Source: Chrysomallon squamiferum
Taxonomy: Eukaryota; Animalia; Mollusca
Assembly: GCA_012295275.1 (NCBI GenBank)
Contig: CM022675.1
Span: forward strand, 8,370,001 to 8,434,000
DNA length: 64,000 nucleotides
Reading direction: 5' to 3'
Part shown: piece by piece, positions 51,830 through 64,000 of the stretch
How positions within the stretch are numbered: position 1 is the stretch's first letter
Layout of the letters: each line of letters opens with the position of its first letter
Position numbers and translations under genes: made by a program
Notes under the pieces: generated by a model
What the model saw: only the letters and a program-made list of their open reading frames with translations
Databases searched by the model: none
What the model was told of the DNA's origin: nothing

Positions 51830-52507
51830 AATCGTCTCATTAACACCAAGAGGTGTGTGTTTCCTGACTTCCAAAAAGGGTTTAAGTACAACATTCTTTC
51901 ATTTACCAGTATCACTTACACTCACACATAGTTATATATTATATATATATATATACTTGTGTGTGCTTCCGTGTGCCTGTGTGTATGTGCCTGTGTGTGT
52001 GTGTGTGTGTGTATGTGTGTGTTATATAACAAAATCAAATCTAAGGCAAACTTCCTACGATTTGTACTTTCTTACATTTTAGTTCACACTTAAGACCTTG
52101 ATTTTCATACATTTGGCTTTCGGTATAATAATAATAATAATAATAATAATAAAAGCAACAATAACAACAGCAATAATAATAATAATGATAATAATAATAA
52201 TTAAAACAACAACAACAGCAATAAACATATTCAAACAGTTCTGCATATATATATATATATATAAAGATGAAACACATAATGACTTGATCAGTTTTAACAC
52301 AAAACAAAAACAAAGTTTTTAACGAGGCCTGCAAATCAGTAACATAATTTTGTTTAAAAATACTCGAGGTGATCAACATAAACAACGTAAATACATTATG
52401 TACACGCCAATCTTTCATACTAATAAAGTATGACATTACTATAACAGGTCTGAAGAAATGTCCATCAAGTTTTAATTACAAGGAAAAAACAAAAGAAGAA
52501 GAAGAAG

Positions 52508-52538
<31 letters not shown>

Positions 52539-52960
52539 GGAGGAGGAAGAAGAAGAAGAAGATGATGACGATGATGATGATGATGATGATGATGGACAAG
52601 ATAAGACGGTAAAAATCATGGGACGGTAATTCATAGTCATACTTTATAGTTAGCAACGGTTTGCCTCCAAAAACAAACATCCACTTGAAGGGTATAAAAT
52701 AAACACAGAATATTTACGTCACCACAGACATACTTTTAAATTACATTCACATGTATTAATATATTATATTAAAATATAAAAAAAAAAAAAAAAATTAAAA
52801 AAAATTTCTTTTAAAAATTAAGCTATCACTCCTATCAGTAAGCATATAACAATTAACAATCCCTAACAAACAATTATAAAAAAAAAAAAAAAAATTCCTT
52901 ATGTTAATATATTTTTTTTTTCACATTCATATTTTAATATATACATTATGTCTCGATAAA

Positions 52961-55900
52961 TCAGACTGTCGTTTCGCGTTTGTTGCTAGGAGACTGGTCG
53001 CCGGTTTCCGCCGGCTCGCCCGAGAGCAGCCAACGCCCTTGTTCGTGGTGCACCGTCACGGGAAACGTCTTGTCGTTTTTCAAGTGGGAAGGCCAGAATG
53101 TCCGATGTCCTGAGCACAACTTCTTCAACTTTGGATTGCTGCTTTCGCAGTATTTGCACCGCTCTGCGGGCGGCCCCGACTCGTCTCCAGGCAACGGAGC
53201 CTCGGAGTGAGACATAAGCGGAAGTTCCACTTCGTCACTTCCTTTTCCGCCGCCCACCACGAACGGGTGGTGGTGTTCCGGCCCGTCCTCCTCCTCCTCT
53301 TCTTCCTCCTCCTCCGTTTCCACGGCAACCTTAACAGGCGACGACGCTTTTAGGCTTTCGGAATACGTCGGCGGCGTGACGTTTTGATTGACGTAGTCTC
53401 TGTACACGACGCCGTTGAACGAACGAACTGTGACCGGCGATCCGGCGCTCGTACCGGAATCCGTGCTCTCGAACGACTCCGCCAAAGGATCGGAATTACG
53501 TAAATCGTCCAATCGGGGCTTGAGTTTGTTTTTGTGCGGGACTGAATACAGCTCCGCGGCAGTTCCGTCACTTCCCGTTCCGCTTTCGTGAAAACCGCCA
53601 TCGTCTTTGGAAATTCGTTTATATTCGTTCTCCTCATCACCACCACTACCACCACGACTACTACAATTATTACTCGTCGTCGTTGTTACCGGACGCAATA
53701 ACAGAGACGACGAACTGTGCCTGTTGTCGTTGCTCTTGAACTTGCGGACGTCGTGCGAGCTCTGCCGCATGAGGTCAAGGTCGCCCAGGTCCTCGACGTT
53801 GGAATACACGGCGGCGTTCCAGCCGGGTCTGAACGTCTCCGGGGTCCTCTGCGCGCAGACGGTTCTGGTGTGGTCCCCGCGGGGCTGCGCGCGCCTGCGT
53901 TCTGAGCATGCATTGGTTAGCGGGGAGCACAGCAAACAGTTATACAACGAGTGGGAGACATCGGGGCACGACTTGGTGCTCGATGACGGAGTCATCAAGC
54001 CATGCTTTTCACGTACGCTTTCAACGTGGCCGCCGTCGCTATGAATCTCTCTGTCCCTCTCTGAACTGGGGGTGACTGCAGCAGCAGCAGCAGCAGCAGT
54101 GTCGTTGTTGGGTGCGTCGTTGTGGCTGCTTGTGCAGTTCTTGTACAGCGACTCCATGTTGCCGTCCAGCTTGGTGACTTTCTCGTTGTGCAGGCTCTGC
54201 GAGCCCCGAAGGTCGTTCTGGCTCGATTTTGCCGTTCCAACCCGACTCCTTGGTCGCGGACCCGTTCGAAATAACTCGCTAGACGAAACGAAAAAATTTA
54301 AACAAAAGTGAAATACGAGAATTAAGATATTAAATGGATAAAAATGTTTATTATCATCAGAACATGAATTTGATAGAATTTAAAATACCGTGATTGAAAT
54401 ACAAGCATTAAAATATTAATTCATTAAAAGCTTTTTTATCAGAATATAAGTTTAAGAGAATTTAAAACATCATGACTTAAATTAATCGAGTAATATGAAG
54501 ATAGATGAACCAACGTGTTAGAAAATAAAATAGAAATATAATATGAAGAAAAATTAATAATACAACTTTAACTATAAATATAATGGAAAAAATAAAAAAT
54601 ATATATATATACTGGATTTAAATCACATAAATAAATAGAAAAAAATTAATGAGAAAAAAATTAGCAAAATGGAGAAAAGAACAAAAATAAATGAAAGAAG
54701 AGTTATTACACAAAAAAGATCAAAAATAAATGACAAAGCTTTGAACAGAGTAGAACAAATATAAAAAGTGTATTCTTAAGAGAAACAAAATAACAAATTA
54801 AGAAAAAAATAAGTCTTAAAATATTAAATACAGAAACACAAAAAACAAATGTTAAGTTAAAAGTTCTGAGAAATAAAATATAATAGCACAAAATATAAAA
54901 AAGAACATTAAAAAAAGTAATTTTTCTTTCAGTACGTGAAAGAACATCATTTGTCATCATCACCATTCATCATCATCATCATCATTTATCATTCATCATT
55001 GTCATCATTCCTTACCACATATTGTAGAGAGCTGCACTTATGATTATCAGTAGAACAGTTACGACTCCTAGAATTGCATACATCAACACATTACTACTAG
55101 AGTCAGCTGAAAAACAAACAAAATGTAGACAATCAACATTTTTAATCTACACAATATGTAAACACACAACCATTAGAAGCAACACATTTCAAACTACACA
55201 CCTGTGTAGACACAATCAACATATTTCAGTCTACTTAAACAAATAACCTAAATACATTGTTGTACATTTCAAAAAATTATTGGATATGGATCTATCAACC
55301 AATCTTTCATAAAAATAAAGTATGACAATACTATAATATGTTGACAGATTTTTATAAAATTATATACTATTTTTATCTTCTTAAATCTAATTCTTTTTTT
55401 ATAATTATTTCAATTCATACAATTTTTTAATTTCATGGTGATTTGTTTTCTTTTTGTTTGTTTGTTTGTTGTTGTTTTTTGTTTTTGTATTTTTTCCCAA
55501 GAACTGTTACCCCCCAAAAAAATCATTATAATTTCAGTCTCAATAATTTTCAATCTTCTAGTACACTTCATAGAAATTTTATTTAATATCAAAATAAAAT
55601 TTTTATCTTCTGAAATGTCACAATTACTTCATCGCTGTATAAATTTTATAATTTCTGAAATTTTATCTATTAATATCAAAAAATATATATATATATATAC
55701 ATAACAATTTTATCGTCTCAAATATCAAAAATGACTTCATCGCTGCATAAATTTCCTAATTTCTAGAAACTTACACGACAACGTCACTGAAGTGGACACT
55801 GCCGTTGTGGTATCGTTGGAATCCATGACGCAGGCGATCAGAGATCCATTAGAGTACACAGACTCGTATTTCTCAAAACATTTACACAGGTTCGTGTCTA

Positions 55901-55981
55901 CACAGACTGAGCCGTCGATCAGAGCACAGCTAGGAACACACTGAAGTCTTGTAGCTGGTCTTTCCCTAGGGTCACAGCCCC
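52961..55981 (-). CDS. Single-pass type I membrane protein (Cys-rich EGF-like ectodomain, TM, about 440-aa low-complexity cytoplasmic tail), 5' exons not identified
   Basis: 55981-55775 GCDPRERPATRLQCVPSCALIDGSVCVDTNLCKCFEKYESVYSNGSLIACVMDS..; 55106-55016 DSSSNVLMYAILGVVTVLLIIISAALYNM; 54278-52961 ELFRTGPRPRSR..MESLYKN..RETTV*. GT-AG sites with phases 1, 1 and 2 join in frame; exons are GC-rich against an AT background. Confidence 0.8.
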
Positions 55982-56077
55982 CTAGAATAAATGAATATAC
56001 ACAAATGAATGAGTGAGTGAATGAATGATGGAATAAATTATAATAAATCAATTTTTAAAATTTATTTATATATATAT

Positions 56078-56150
<73 letters not shown>

Positions 56151-56604
56151 AATATATAGAACTTTAGACAGATTTAGAGATAGAGAAATAAAGATAAGAT
56201 AGACATACATACAGACGACAGAATCAATGACCAAAGTATTTTTTTTAAATAAATAATAAATTATAATTGATAAATATATTAAATAATAAACCATTGTATA
56301 AATAATAATAAATAAATAAATATAAACATTATATTAATGAATTATAGTTGATCAATTAATTAAATATAAATAAATAATTAAATAAAATAAATGGATGAAT
56401 GAATGGATTAATGAATTATATAACAGAAATATAAGAATAGAACGTGAGCCATTAGAAAGTACTTTACTCAAAACCATGAAACATCATTTCAACATATAAA
56501 AACAGACTCATATTAACATTTTAGTGACAAATAAGTGATTTACATTCCTAACTGAATAACCCAAATAATAAATGTTTCAAAATAATTCACAAATAATAAT
56601 AATG

Positions 56605-56666
<62 letters not shown>

Positions 56667-57492
56667 CTTTACTAATTCATAAAAACCTTTCACAGTATAC
56701 AGCAATCTCAAACGACACCAATTCTCAACAATATTCTAACAAAAACAGTTACCTCCCTTCAAACCACAACTCTTCTATGACAGAAAACAACATTTCTCCT
56801 TCTAACAAATATTTTTAGTCTACTCCACAGATAACAATAACAGCTAGTTGTCCTTTCTTTTTCTTTTCCCTCTTTTTTTTTTAAAATTTTATTTCCACAC
56901 TTATGCCCACAGACAGAAGGACACTTGGATGTACAGACAACAGAGAAAAGATCTGTGAAATTGTGTGTATATGATGACTAACTACAGACTGTTGATTCGA
57001 CCAATGAATGACCATTACAGAGTGTAATAAACCTTTGTTTTCAATGTTTGATCAATACATGCAGTAATTGTACCAGTGTGTTATATGCATTTCTGTGTCG
57101 CCGTTGTTAACAGATGTCATTAATACTGCTGTGCACTGGAAATGGGGTTAGATAAAGGTTTATAATGGAAACCAGTGATAGATATGGCTTCTGTACACAC
57201 ACACACACACACACAGACACACATACACAGATACACACACACACACACATACACATACCTAATACATTCATACATATACAGTACATACATACATACATAC
57301 ATACATACATACTTACATATATATACATACATACAGACACGTACACATAAAGAGATATATACACATACTCAAATACATACATATATACACTAGTTACAAA
57401 CCCATATATACACAAGTTTATAAACAAATATATATGTTGTTGTTGTTGTTTTTGTTAAACATATTAAGTAAAGGAATGTAGGCAAGTAATAA

Positions 57493-57692
57493 NNNNNNNN
57501 NNNNNNNNNNNNNNNNNNNNNNNNNNNNNNNNNNNNNNNNNNNNNNNNNNNNNNNNNNNNNNNNNNNNNNNNNNNNNNNNNNNNNNNNNNNNNNNNNNNN
57601 NNNNNNNNNNNNNNNNNNNNNNNNNNNNNNNNNNNNNNNNNNNNNNNNNNNNNNNNNNNNNNNNNNNNNNNNNNNNNNNNNNNNNNNNNNNN
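57493..57692. other. Assembly gap (200 N)
   Basis: Run of exactly 200 N, typical of a fixed-size scaffolding gap. Confidence 0.99.
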
Positions 57693-57927
57693 TGTTCCTT
57701 TTTGGCTGCTTCCTGATGGTCCACGTGATCCAAAACCTGTTTTTTTTTTTTTGCCAATGGTCTTTTTATTGTTTTTTAAAAGATATTATTAAAACAAAAC
57801 CTGCAACTAAAAAACAAATAAGAACATAAATGTAGTTAACATATTTACATTTTATTTTAATTTAAAAGATGTGAAGCTAGGACTAAGAAAGAAAAAAAAA
57901 AAAAAAAAAAAAAAATAATTAATTAAA

Positions 57928-57978
<51 letters not shown>

Positions 57979-57984
57979 AAATAT

Positions 57985-58016
<32 letters not shown>

Positions 58017-58216
58017 GATAAGACACCATAACCGGGTTAGTAATGTCTGAAAGTGGGTTCGTGTAGTTTGTTTTTTTTTTTTTTTTTTAATTATTAATTT
58101 AATTGGCCACTTAAATTGATTCGTCAATCAGCCGATCTATCCGTAGATCTATCAGCTGTTCAACCAATCAATCCGCAGGTCAATACATTTATATAATTGT
58201 TGTTTGTTTTCGTGTG

Positions 58217-58248
<32 letters not shown>

Positions 58249-58250
<2 letters not shown>

Positions 58251-61200
58251 ATAGTTTGTGTTTTGTTTTGAGAATGTAATTTGTTACTGCAGCGAGGACT
58301 AACTCTCTGTCTTTCACGTTTGGTGCCAGGATGTGTTGGAGCGTGAACTCGATTTTTAGTTCCTCCAATGTATTGCGTAGTGCTTGTCTTTCCTTGGCAA
58401 AGTTTGGACAGTGAAACAAGTAGTGTTTCATGGTTTCTGAGAGTCCGCAACTGCAGTTGGGTGATGTGATGATATTATGTTTGTATAGAATTGCGTTTAA
58501 GTTGTTTGAGTAACCAATTCTGACTTTGGTGAGGTTGTTGTTGTGTAGTTTGTTGGCGAGTGTGATTTTGGGTGTTTTGGCGAGTGGTTTGATGTTTAAG
58601 TGCCATTTGTTTTTCGTGTTGTTCCATTCGTTCTGCCATTGTTTGTCGTAATGTTTGGCAGCGATGGAGACTATTTCGTTTATACCGTAATGTATGTCTG
58701 TGCAGATGTCTTCGTCTTTAATGGTGAGTGACTCTTTGGCGTAATGGTCGGCAAGTTCGTTGCCGAGGATGCCGACGTGTGCTGGGAGCCACTCGATGGT
58801 TACTTCTTTATTGTTGTGTTGTATTTCTTCGTGTAGTTGTTGTATTTTGCTGAGCAGGTCTGGTCTGCTTGAACTTCCGGTTTGTATCGAGATCACGGAA
58901 CTTAGACTGTCCGAGAAAATGACTGTGTGTTTGTTGTTGTTGTGTTTAACCCACAGCATGGCTCTGATGATGGCTACCAACTCGGCCGTGTATACCGAAA
59001 GGTGATTTCTGATACGGCCGAATTGTATGCATGTGGGTTTGTTTGTGTGATTTTGAGCTATGAAGGCGAATCCTACTCTCCCGTTGTCTGGGTTTTTGGA
59101 TCCGTCAGTGTAGATGTGCGTGTGTTGTTTGTAGTGGTCGTTTGCTGCTGCCAAAAAGATGATTTTTTTGAATGGTTGGATCTCTGTTTTGTCAGTTTCT
59201 CTTTTTATCAGGAAAGGTGTGTTGATTGTTGGTTTTCTTTCTTTGTGGTATGCCGGCAGTGGCATTTCACCTATTCCTGTTTCCCTTTCGATTTCGCTAG
59301 CTGTTGTCGGGAAATTCGATAGTAGTAGACTATGCGATTTGAAGAGTTGTCCTATCCTTTGTTCGTCGGGGACCAGATCCTTGACCGGGTGGTCTGTGTT
59401 GAGTGTGTGTATTTTCAGGTTGTATTTTAGTAGCTGCAGTTTTCTTCTGTATTTTAATGGTTGAATGCTGTATTCCGACAGGAGGCTGTCGGATGGTGTT
59501 GAGTTTGGCAGGTGGCCGATCACCCTGAGGGCACTTGATTGAATTATATCTAGTTTTTTTAAATAAAGTTTGGGAGCATTCGAGTAAGCCGTGGCTCCGT
59601 AGTCGAGCTTGGAGAGAATACACGCTTTGTGTATCAAAATCAGCGTTGACTCGTTTGCTCCCCAACTGGTTCCAGAAATTAACTTGAGAAGATTGATTGT
59701 TTTTTTGCAGGAGGCAATTATGTTGTATATGTGGCATCGGAAGTTGAGTTGACTGTCGAATGTCACACCTAGAAATTTGAATGTCTTTGTTTGTGTTATG
59801 AAGTTGTTGTCGATGTTGAGAGTGATCTTACTGTTGTCCGATTTCTTGTTGAAAAGGAGGCACGTCGTTTTCGAGAGAGAAATCTTTATGCCCCATTTCA
59901 ACGCCCAATCGTTTATGTTGTTTAAGTCTTTTTGTATTTGTTTCTGTATTGCTGCGGTCGATCTTCCTGCCCGCCAAAAGGCGCAGTCGTCTGCAAAGAG
60001 TGCTGTGTTTATCGGCTCCTTTGGCGGATTTCTGTCGTTGTCTTGTCGGTCGAGTGCTGTGACGATGTCGTTGATGTAGATGTTGAAGAGTGTGGGCGAG
60101 ATCACGGATCCTTGAGGGATGCCGTTTTCGATTGTCGTTTTCTCTGAGGTGTGACCGTTTACTTTGACTGCTATGGATCTGTTGTTGATAAAGTCTTTGA
60201 TGAAGTTGAACATGTTGCCTTTAATGTTGTTATTTATTAATTTAATTAACAGTCCTTCCCTCCATACCATGTCGAATGCTTTTTCTATGTCTAAAAATAC
60301 TGCTATAACTTTTTTTGATTTCCGAAAAGATTGATTAATTGATGTATGCAGGCGTGTGATCTGGTCGTTAGTGCTGTGTTTCTTCCTGAAGCCGCTTTGA
60401 AATTTGCTGATTAAATTGTTGTCGTTTAAATGCTGGTTTAGGCGTGTGTTGATCATTGTTTCGAAAGTTTTACACATATGTGACGTCAGCGTGATCGGCC
60501 TGTAGCTGTTGGGTAGTGAGTGATCTTTGTGTGGTTTGGGCAAGCTGAAACATTCGGCGTGTTTCCAGTTTGTTGGAATCTTGCCGGTGGTCCATATTGT
60601 GTTGTAAAATTCGAGTATAACCAGTAGGGTTTCGTCTGGTAGATGTTGTAATATTGTGTAACTTATTTTATCTGGCCCCGTGGCTGTACTTTTCTTGTTT
60701 TTGAGTGCATATTTTAATTCATTGATGTTAAATAGTTGATTATATGTTCTGTTTTCTGTGTCTGCGGACTGTTCGCCGATTGCTTGGTTGTCCAGTTGTT
60801 TCTTTGCGAACTTCAGTGGGAAGTTCGAATTGCTGCTGGACTTGGCGAAGGTTTGGCTCAGTAGGTCCGCTTTTTGCTTGTCAGTGAATGCGATGTTGCT
60901 TTTGCCGAGAGTGTTAATTCTGTGGGTTTTTTTTCCTTGAATGTTTTTTACTTTGGCCCACATGTCTTTGACTGATGTTTTGTGGTTGATGTTGTTGCAA
61001 AAAAGTTCCCAGTGTTCTTGTTTCGCTGTGAGTATTAGGTTGGAAACTTCTTTTTTTGATATTTTGTATTTTTCGTGCGTAGAATGATTTCTGTCTTTTT
61101 TATATTGTCTTCTGTATTTGTTTCTCTCCTTGCATTTGTTTTCTATGCGTTCCGTCCACCAGGGGGTGGATATTTTGCCGGTGCATTTTCTGGTTTTCGG

Positions 61201-62085
61201 TATGTATTTGATTGCAATGGAGTGTATCTTGTTGGTGAGTGATGCGCAGTAGGCGTCGATGTCGTTGGGGTTCTGCGTGTTGATGTTTCTGCATGCTGTG
61301 TAGAAGCCTTCCCAGTCTGCTTTGTTGAAGTTCCATTTCGGTGTGAAGATGGATCTGTCCGAGAAGGTGTTCTTGCTGTTGTAGTTGGTGAGTATCGGGT
61401 GGTGGTCGCTGTTTAGCTCATCGAGCACTTGCCATTCGGAGAGTGCTGCGATGTCCTTGCTTGTGAAAGTTACATCAATGGCGGTTTGGCCACCATTGAT
61501 GTCGCTAGTGTATGTAAATGTTCCGTCGTTCAAACAGACCAGCTGGTTTTGTTCCAGGAAATCTTCGAGGACGATTCCAGGGCTGTCGTCTGTCGAGCCA
61601 CCCCATAGGGTGTTGTGACAGTTGAAATCGCCCACTATGATGACCTTGTTGTTTGTTGTGATTATTTTATTTAAATCTTGGGTTTGAATGGTGTGTAGTG
61701 CGGGAGTGGGTGGGCTGTATATGTTAATGATGTCGATGTTTTGATTGTTGTTGTGTATTGTGATGCTGAGTATTTCTATGTTGGCGTGAACTTTGGCTTC
61801 GTTCAGCTTGGTGTGTGGAATGTCTTGTTTGACGAGAGTCATGATGCCTCCCCGGGTGCTGTTGTATCTGTTGACGTAATGACTTTGGTACCCGGGGACC
61901 GTAAAGGTTTTAGTTGTTTTGTTGTTTTTGTTGTGATGTCCCAGCCATGTTTCTTGAATGCATATTATGTCCGGTGTGTTTGTAGAGGAGGCCAGGAAGT
62001 GTAGTAGTTCGTCTCCGTGGCCTGTTGAGTGAAGGCCTTTGGCGTTCCATTGAAGGACGGAGAGACCTGTGTTCTTGGCGTGCAT
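58249..62085 (-). CDS. LINE ORF2: AP endonuclease, reverse transcriptase, RNase H, C-terminal CCHC
   Basis: APE: QWNAKGL, IQETWL, GDFNCH, SDHHPI. RT: YRPITLTS, QSGFR, FLDIEKAFDMV, GIPQGSVISPTLF, FADD, FLGV. RNase H: YTDGSK, YTAEL, FSDSLS, WLPAHVGILGNELAD. CCHC: CSCG..ETMKHYLFHCP. The first ATG is at 62085; the ORF-track start at 62142 is GTG and overlaps the ORF1 stop. Confidence 0.95.
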
Positions 62086-62138
62086 GTCGTGAAGAGTTTG
62101 TAAATGGTTGTTACTGTTTGTTTTTGTTTTGTTTTTGT

Positions 62139-63605
62139 TCACTGGTTTGTGCTTGTAGGATTTCTCCTGTCTGTGTGTAATTTTAGTCTGTTGTCCTGCG
62201 TGTCGATTTTGAAGCCCAAGCTGTCTTCAATTATGTGGGCTACTGTCTGCTCCAAATTGGCTTCATCATTCGTGTTTCCTTTGTTGGTCCTGATGTTCTG
62301 AAGCTCAATCAGGAGGCAGACAATGATTTTGTGTATTTCTGCAATCCTGACCTCCTTGTCGAGATTGTCTTTTGGTTTGTCGTTCTGTTGTTTAATTTTT
62401 GTTTCGATGATGGTTTTGGTTTTTTCTTCTATTTTCTGGCATTTCTTGTTGACGTTTTGTATAATTTTGTTGTCTCTTCTGTTGTGTTCGAATTTGTTGT
62501 TTGCTTGTATCTTCGCTGGGCACATCTTGTAGTGCGATTCGTGTGGTCCCTGGCAATTTGCGCATTTTGCCAGAGACCGGCAATGGCCTGAGTTTCTGTG
62601 GTGATTTCCACCGCAGAAACTGCATGTTAAATGTTTCTGGTTGTTTCTGTGGGAACACTGGTTTGTGATGTGCCCCCATTTCTGACAGTGGCCGCACTTG
62701 GGCAACTGCGGCCTCATTTCTGCCAGTGTGTACTTATACCCATCGATGGTGATGGTTGTGTTTCTAAGTTTGTTGTTGAATGTCAGTGTGGTCCAGTAGT
62801 TTGGTTTTCTCCACATTTCCACCCCGACTAGAGTTGATTTTGTTTGTTCTACCAGCTCTTCGTTGAATATTTCCAAAAAATCTAGTTTGTTAGCTTGTGG
62901 GTAATAAAAACCCAAATCTTTGGATATATATTTGTATGTTGTTTCTTTTGATTTTGTTGTGTGTTTAGGTTGTTGTTGTTGCGGTTTGGTAGTTGGCGTT
63001 TGTTTTGTCTGCGGTGTTGCCAGTAGTGTTTTTCTGGGTTGTGGTGTGGGTGTTTTCTGTGGTTGTTTGGTATCGGGGATTAGTTTGGCTAAAACCCTGA
63101 TAACAAATGTTTCGTCCCAGATTGTGATGTTGGGACCAATTGTTTTGAGTGTTTTTGTATCTACTTCGAAGTAGATTTCTTTCCCGTTATTATTTTTGTT
63201 GACTTTTGTCGTTTTGTCTATGATGTGAATTTGCGCTTCTATTAGATAGCGCAACTGTTTGTCGATGTTTGTGTAGTTTTTTTTGTGAACTGCGATGGTG
63301 GTTCGGCTGTGGGTGTGTTTTGTTTTTTTTCTTTTGATTATTTTCCACGCGTTTGGCTCGCTTTCGTCTTCGCTGTCCGATTCTCTTAGCCTTGCCAAAA
63401 TGTTTAGATTTCTATTGATAATTTTTTGTTCTTCAGTTTCAGTTTCGGAATGTGTGTGTTCGACTGTGGTATCGATTATTTTCTTTTGTTTCCTGTTTTT
63501 TGTTTTTTCGACGGAGCTAGGGCTCCTGTCCCTGGGTCGTTTTGGAACCCTAGTTTCCATCTCCGAGGTATCGATTCCCGAGCTGTAAATGTTTTTTGTT
63601 GCCAT
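62139..63605 (-). CDS. LINE ORF1 gag-like nucleic-acid-binding protein, 488 aa
   Basis: Three knuckles CGHCQKWGHITNQC, CSFCGGNHHRNSGHC and CANCQGPHESHYKMC, directly upstream of ORF2. Confidence 0.92.
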   Translation of the reverse strand: MATKNIYSSGIDTSEMETRVPKRPRDRSPSSVEKTKNRKQKKIIDTTVEHTHSETETEEQKIINRNLNILARLRESDSEDESEPNAWKIIKRKKTKHTHSRTTIAVHKKNYTNIDKQLRYLIEAQIHIIDKTTKVNKNNNGKEIYFEVDTKTLKTIGPNITIWDETFVIRVLAKLIPDTKQPQKTPTPQPRKTLLATPQTKQTPTTKPQQQQPKHTTKSKETTYKYISKDLGFYYPQANKLDFLEIFNEELVEQTKSTLVGVEMWRKPNYWTTLTFNNKLRNTTITIDGYKYTLAEMRPQLPKCGHCQKWGHITNQCSHRNNQKHLTCSFCGGNHHRNSGHCRSLAKCANCQGPHESHYKMCPAKIQANNKFEHNRRDNKIIQNVNKKCQKIEEKTKTIIETKIKQQNDKPKDNLDKEVRIAEIHKIIVCLLIELQNIRTNKGNTNDEANLEQTVAHIIEDSLGFKIDTQDNRLKLHTDRRNPTSTNQ

Positions 63606-64000
63606 GTTGTGTATGTATGGGTTGTTGTTGTTTTGTGTGTTTTTTTTGTTTGTTTTTTTTTAAAAAAATATATCGGTTTCAATAATATATTTAAATTGCT
63701 TATTATTATTATTATTATTATTATTTTTTAAATATATAGACAATTCTATATTAATTCAAAAAACACTAAAACACTAAAGCTGAACGCAACTCACTTTCAG
63801 ATCGAGATAAAGATAAAAGATATATCGGTTATTTGAGATACCGGAAAGTAAAAGAATAGCAAACAGCAGAAAAGAAAAAGAAAAGAAATAAAAGTAACAA
63901 TAATACAAAAGCCTACAAATAATATAAATAAGAATTTAAATCTAAATAAATAAAGAAAAAGGTACAGTATCTTTTTTGTTTCTGAATTCCGCTCAGTTAG

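Larger units (their letters stand above)
58071..63900 (-). mobile_element. Apparently full-length non-LTR retrotransposon, I group (I/Nimb-like), both ORFs intact
   Basis: Zinc-knuckle ORF1 plus APE-RT-RNase H-CCHC ORF2. A 3' hairpin (about 58128-58158) is followed by an A18 tract (T run 58071-58088 on +). Both ends are approximate; the 3' UTR may extend to the gap at 57692. Confidence 0.92.

Noticed and set aside
51617-51915. Overlapping short ORFs on both strands
   Set aside because: No frame gives a convincing exon; kept only as a CRE motif cluster.
56900-57140. Candidate signal-peptide exon for the 52961-55981 gene
   Set aside because: No ATG-to-GT arrangement in phase 1 could be identified.
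58760-63731. Short ORFs antisense to or nested in the LINE
   Set aside because: By-products of the strand-biased LINE coding sequence; no motifs.

Overview
AT-rich, microsatellite-dense animal genomic DNA with GT-AG spliced genes. It is probably molluscan, an inference from the gene families present. No rRNA, tRNA or CRISPR features were found. The core of the window is a nested inverted duplication (about 6.9-19.4 kb mirrored by about 36.4-45.2 kb) carrying two head-to-head paralogues of an EGF-ZP (zona pellucida) membrane protein. The + strand copy (36891-43010) is intact: signal peptide-EGF-EGF-ZP-furin site-TM, 447 aa. The - strand copy (18903-8594) has been remodelled. It has two extra exons encoding a Calx-beta domain, three tandem copies of the EGF-EGF exon pair, five in-frame splice donors spaced 51 bp apart, and a 1-nt frameshift in a ZP-C exon. 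Also present: a disrupted perlucin-like C-type lectin gene, a partial single-pass receptor-like gene with a Tyr-rich tail ending in ETTV, a possible 3-exon orphan gene at the centre of the inversion, an intact I-clade LINE next to a 200-N gap, four Tigger/pogo remnants and a CACTG-ended foldback element. All gene models were built by eye from splice signals and exon-phase continuity; no database searches were run.
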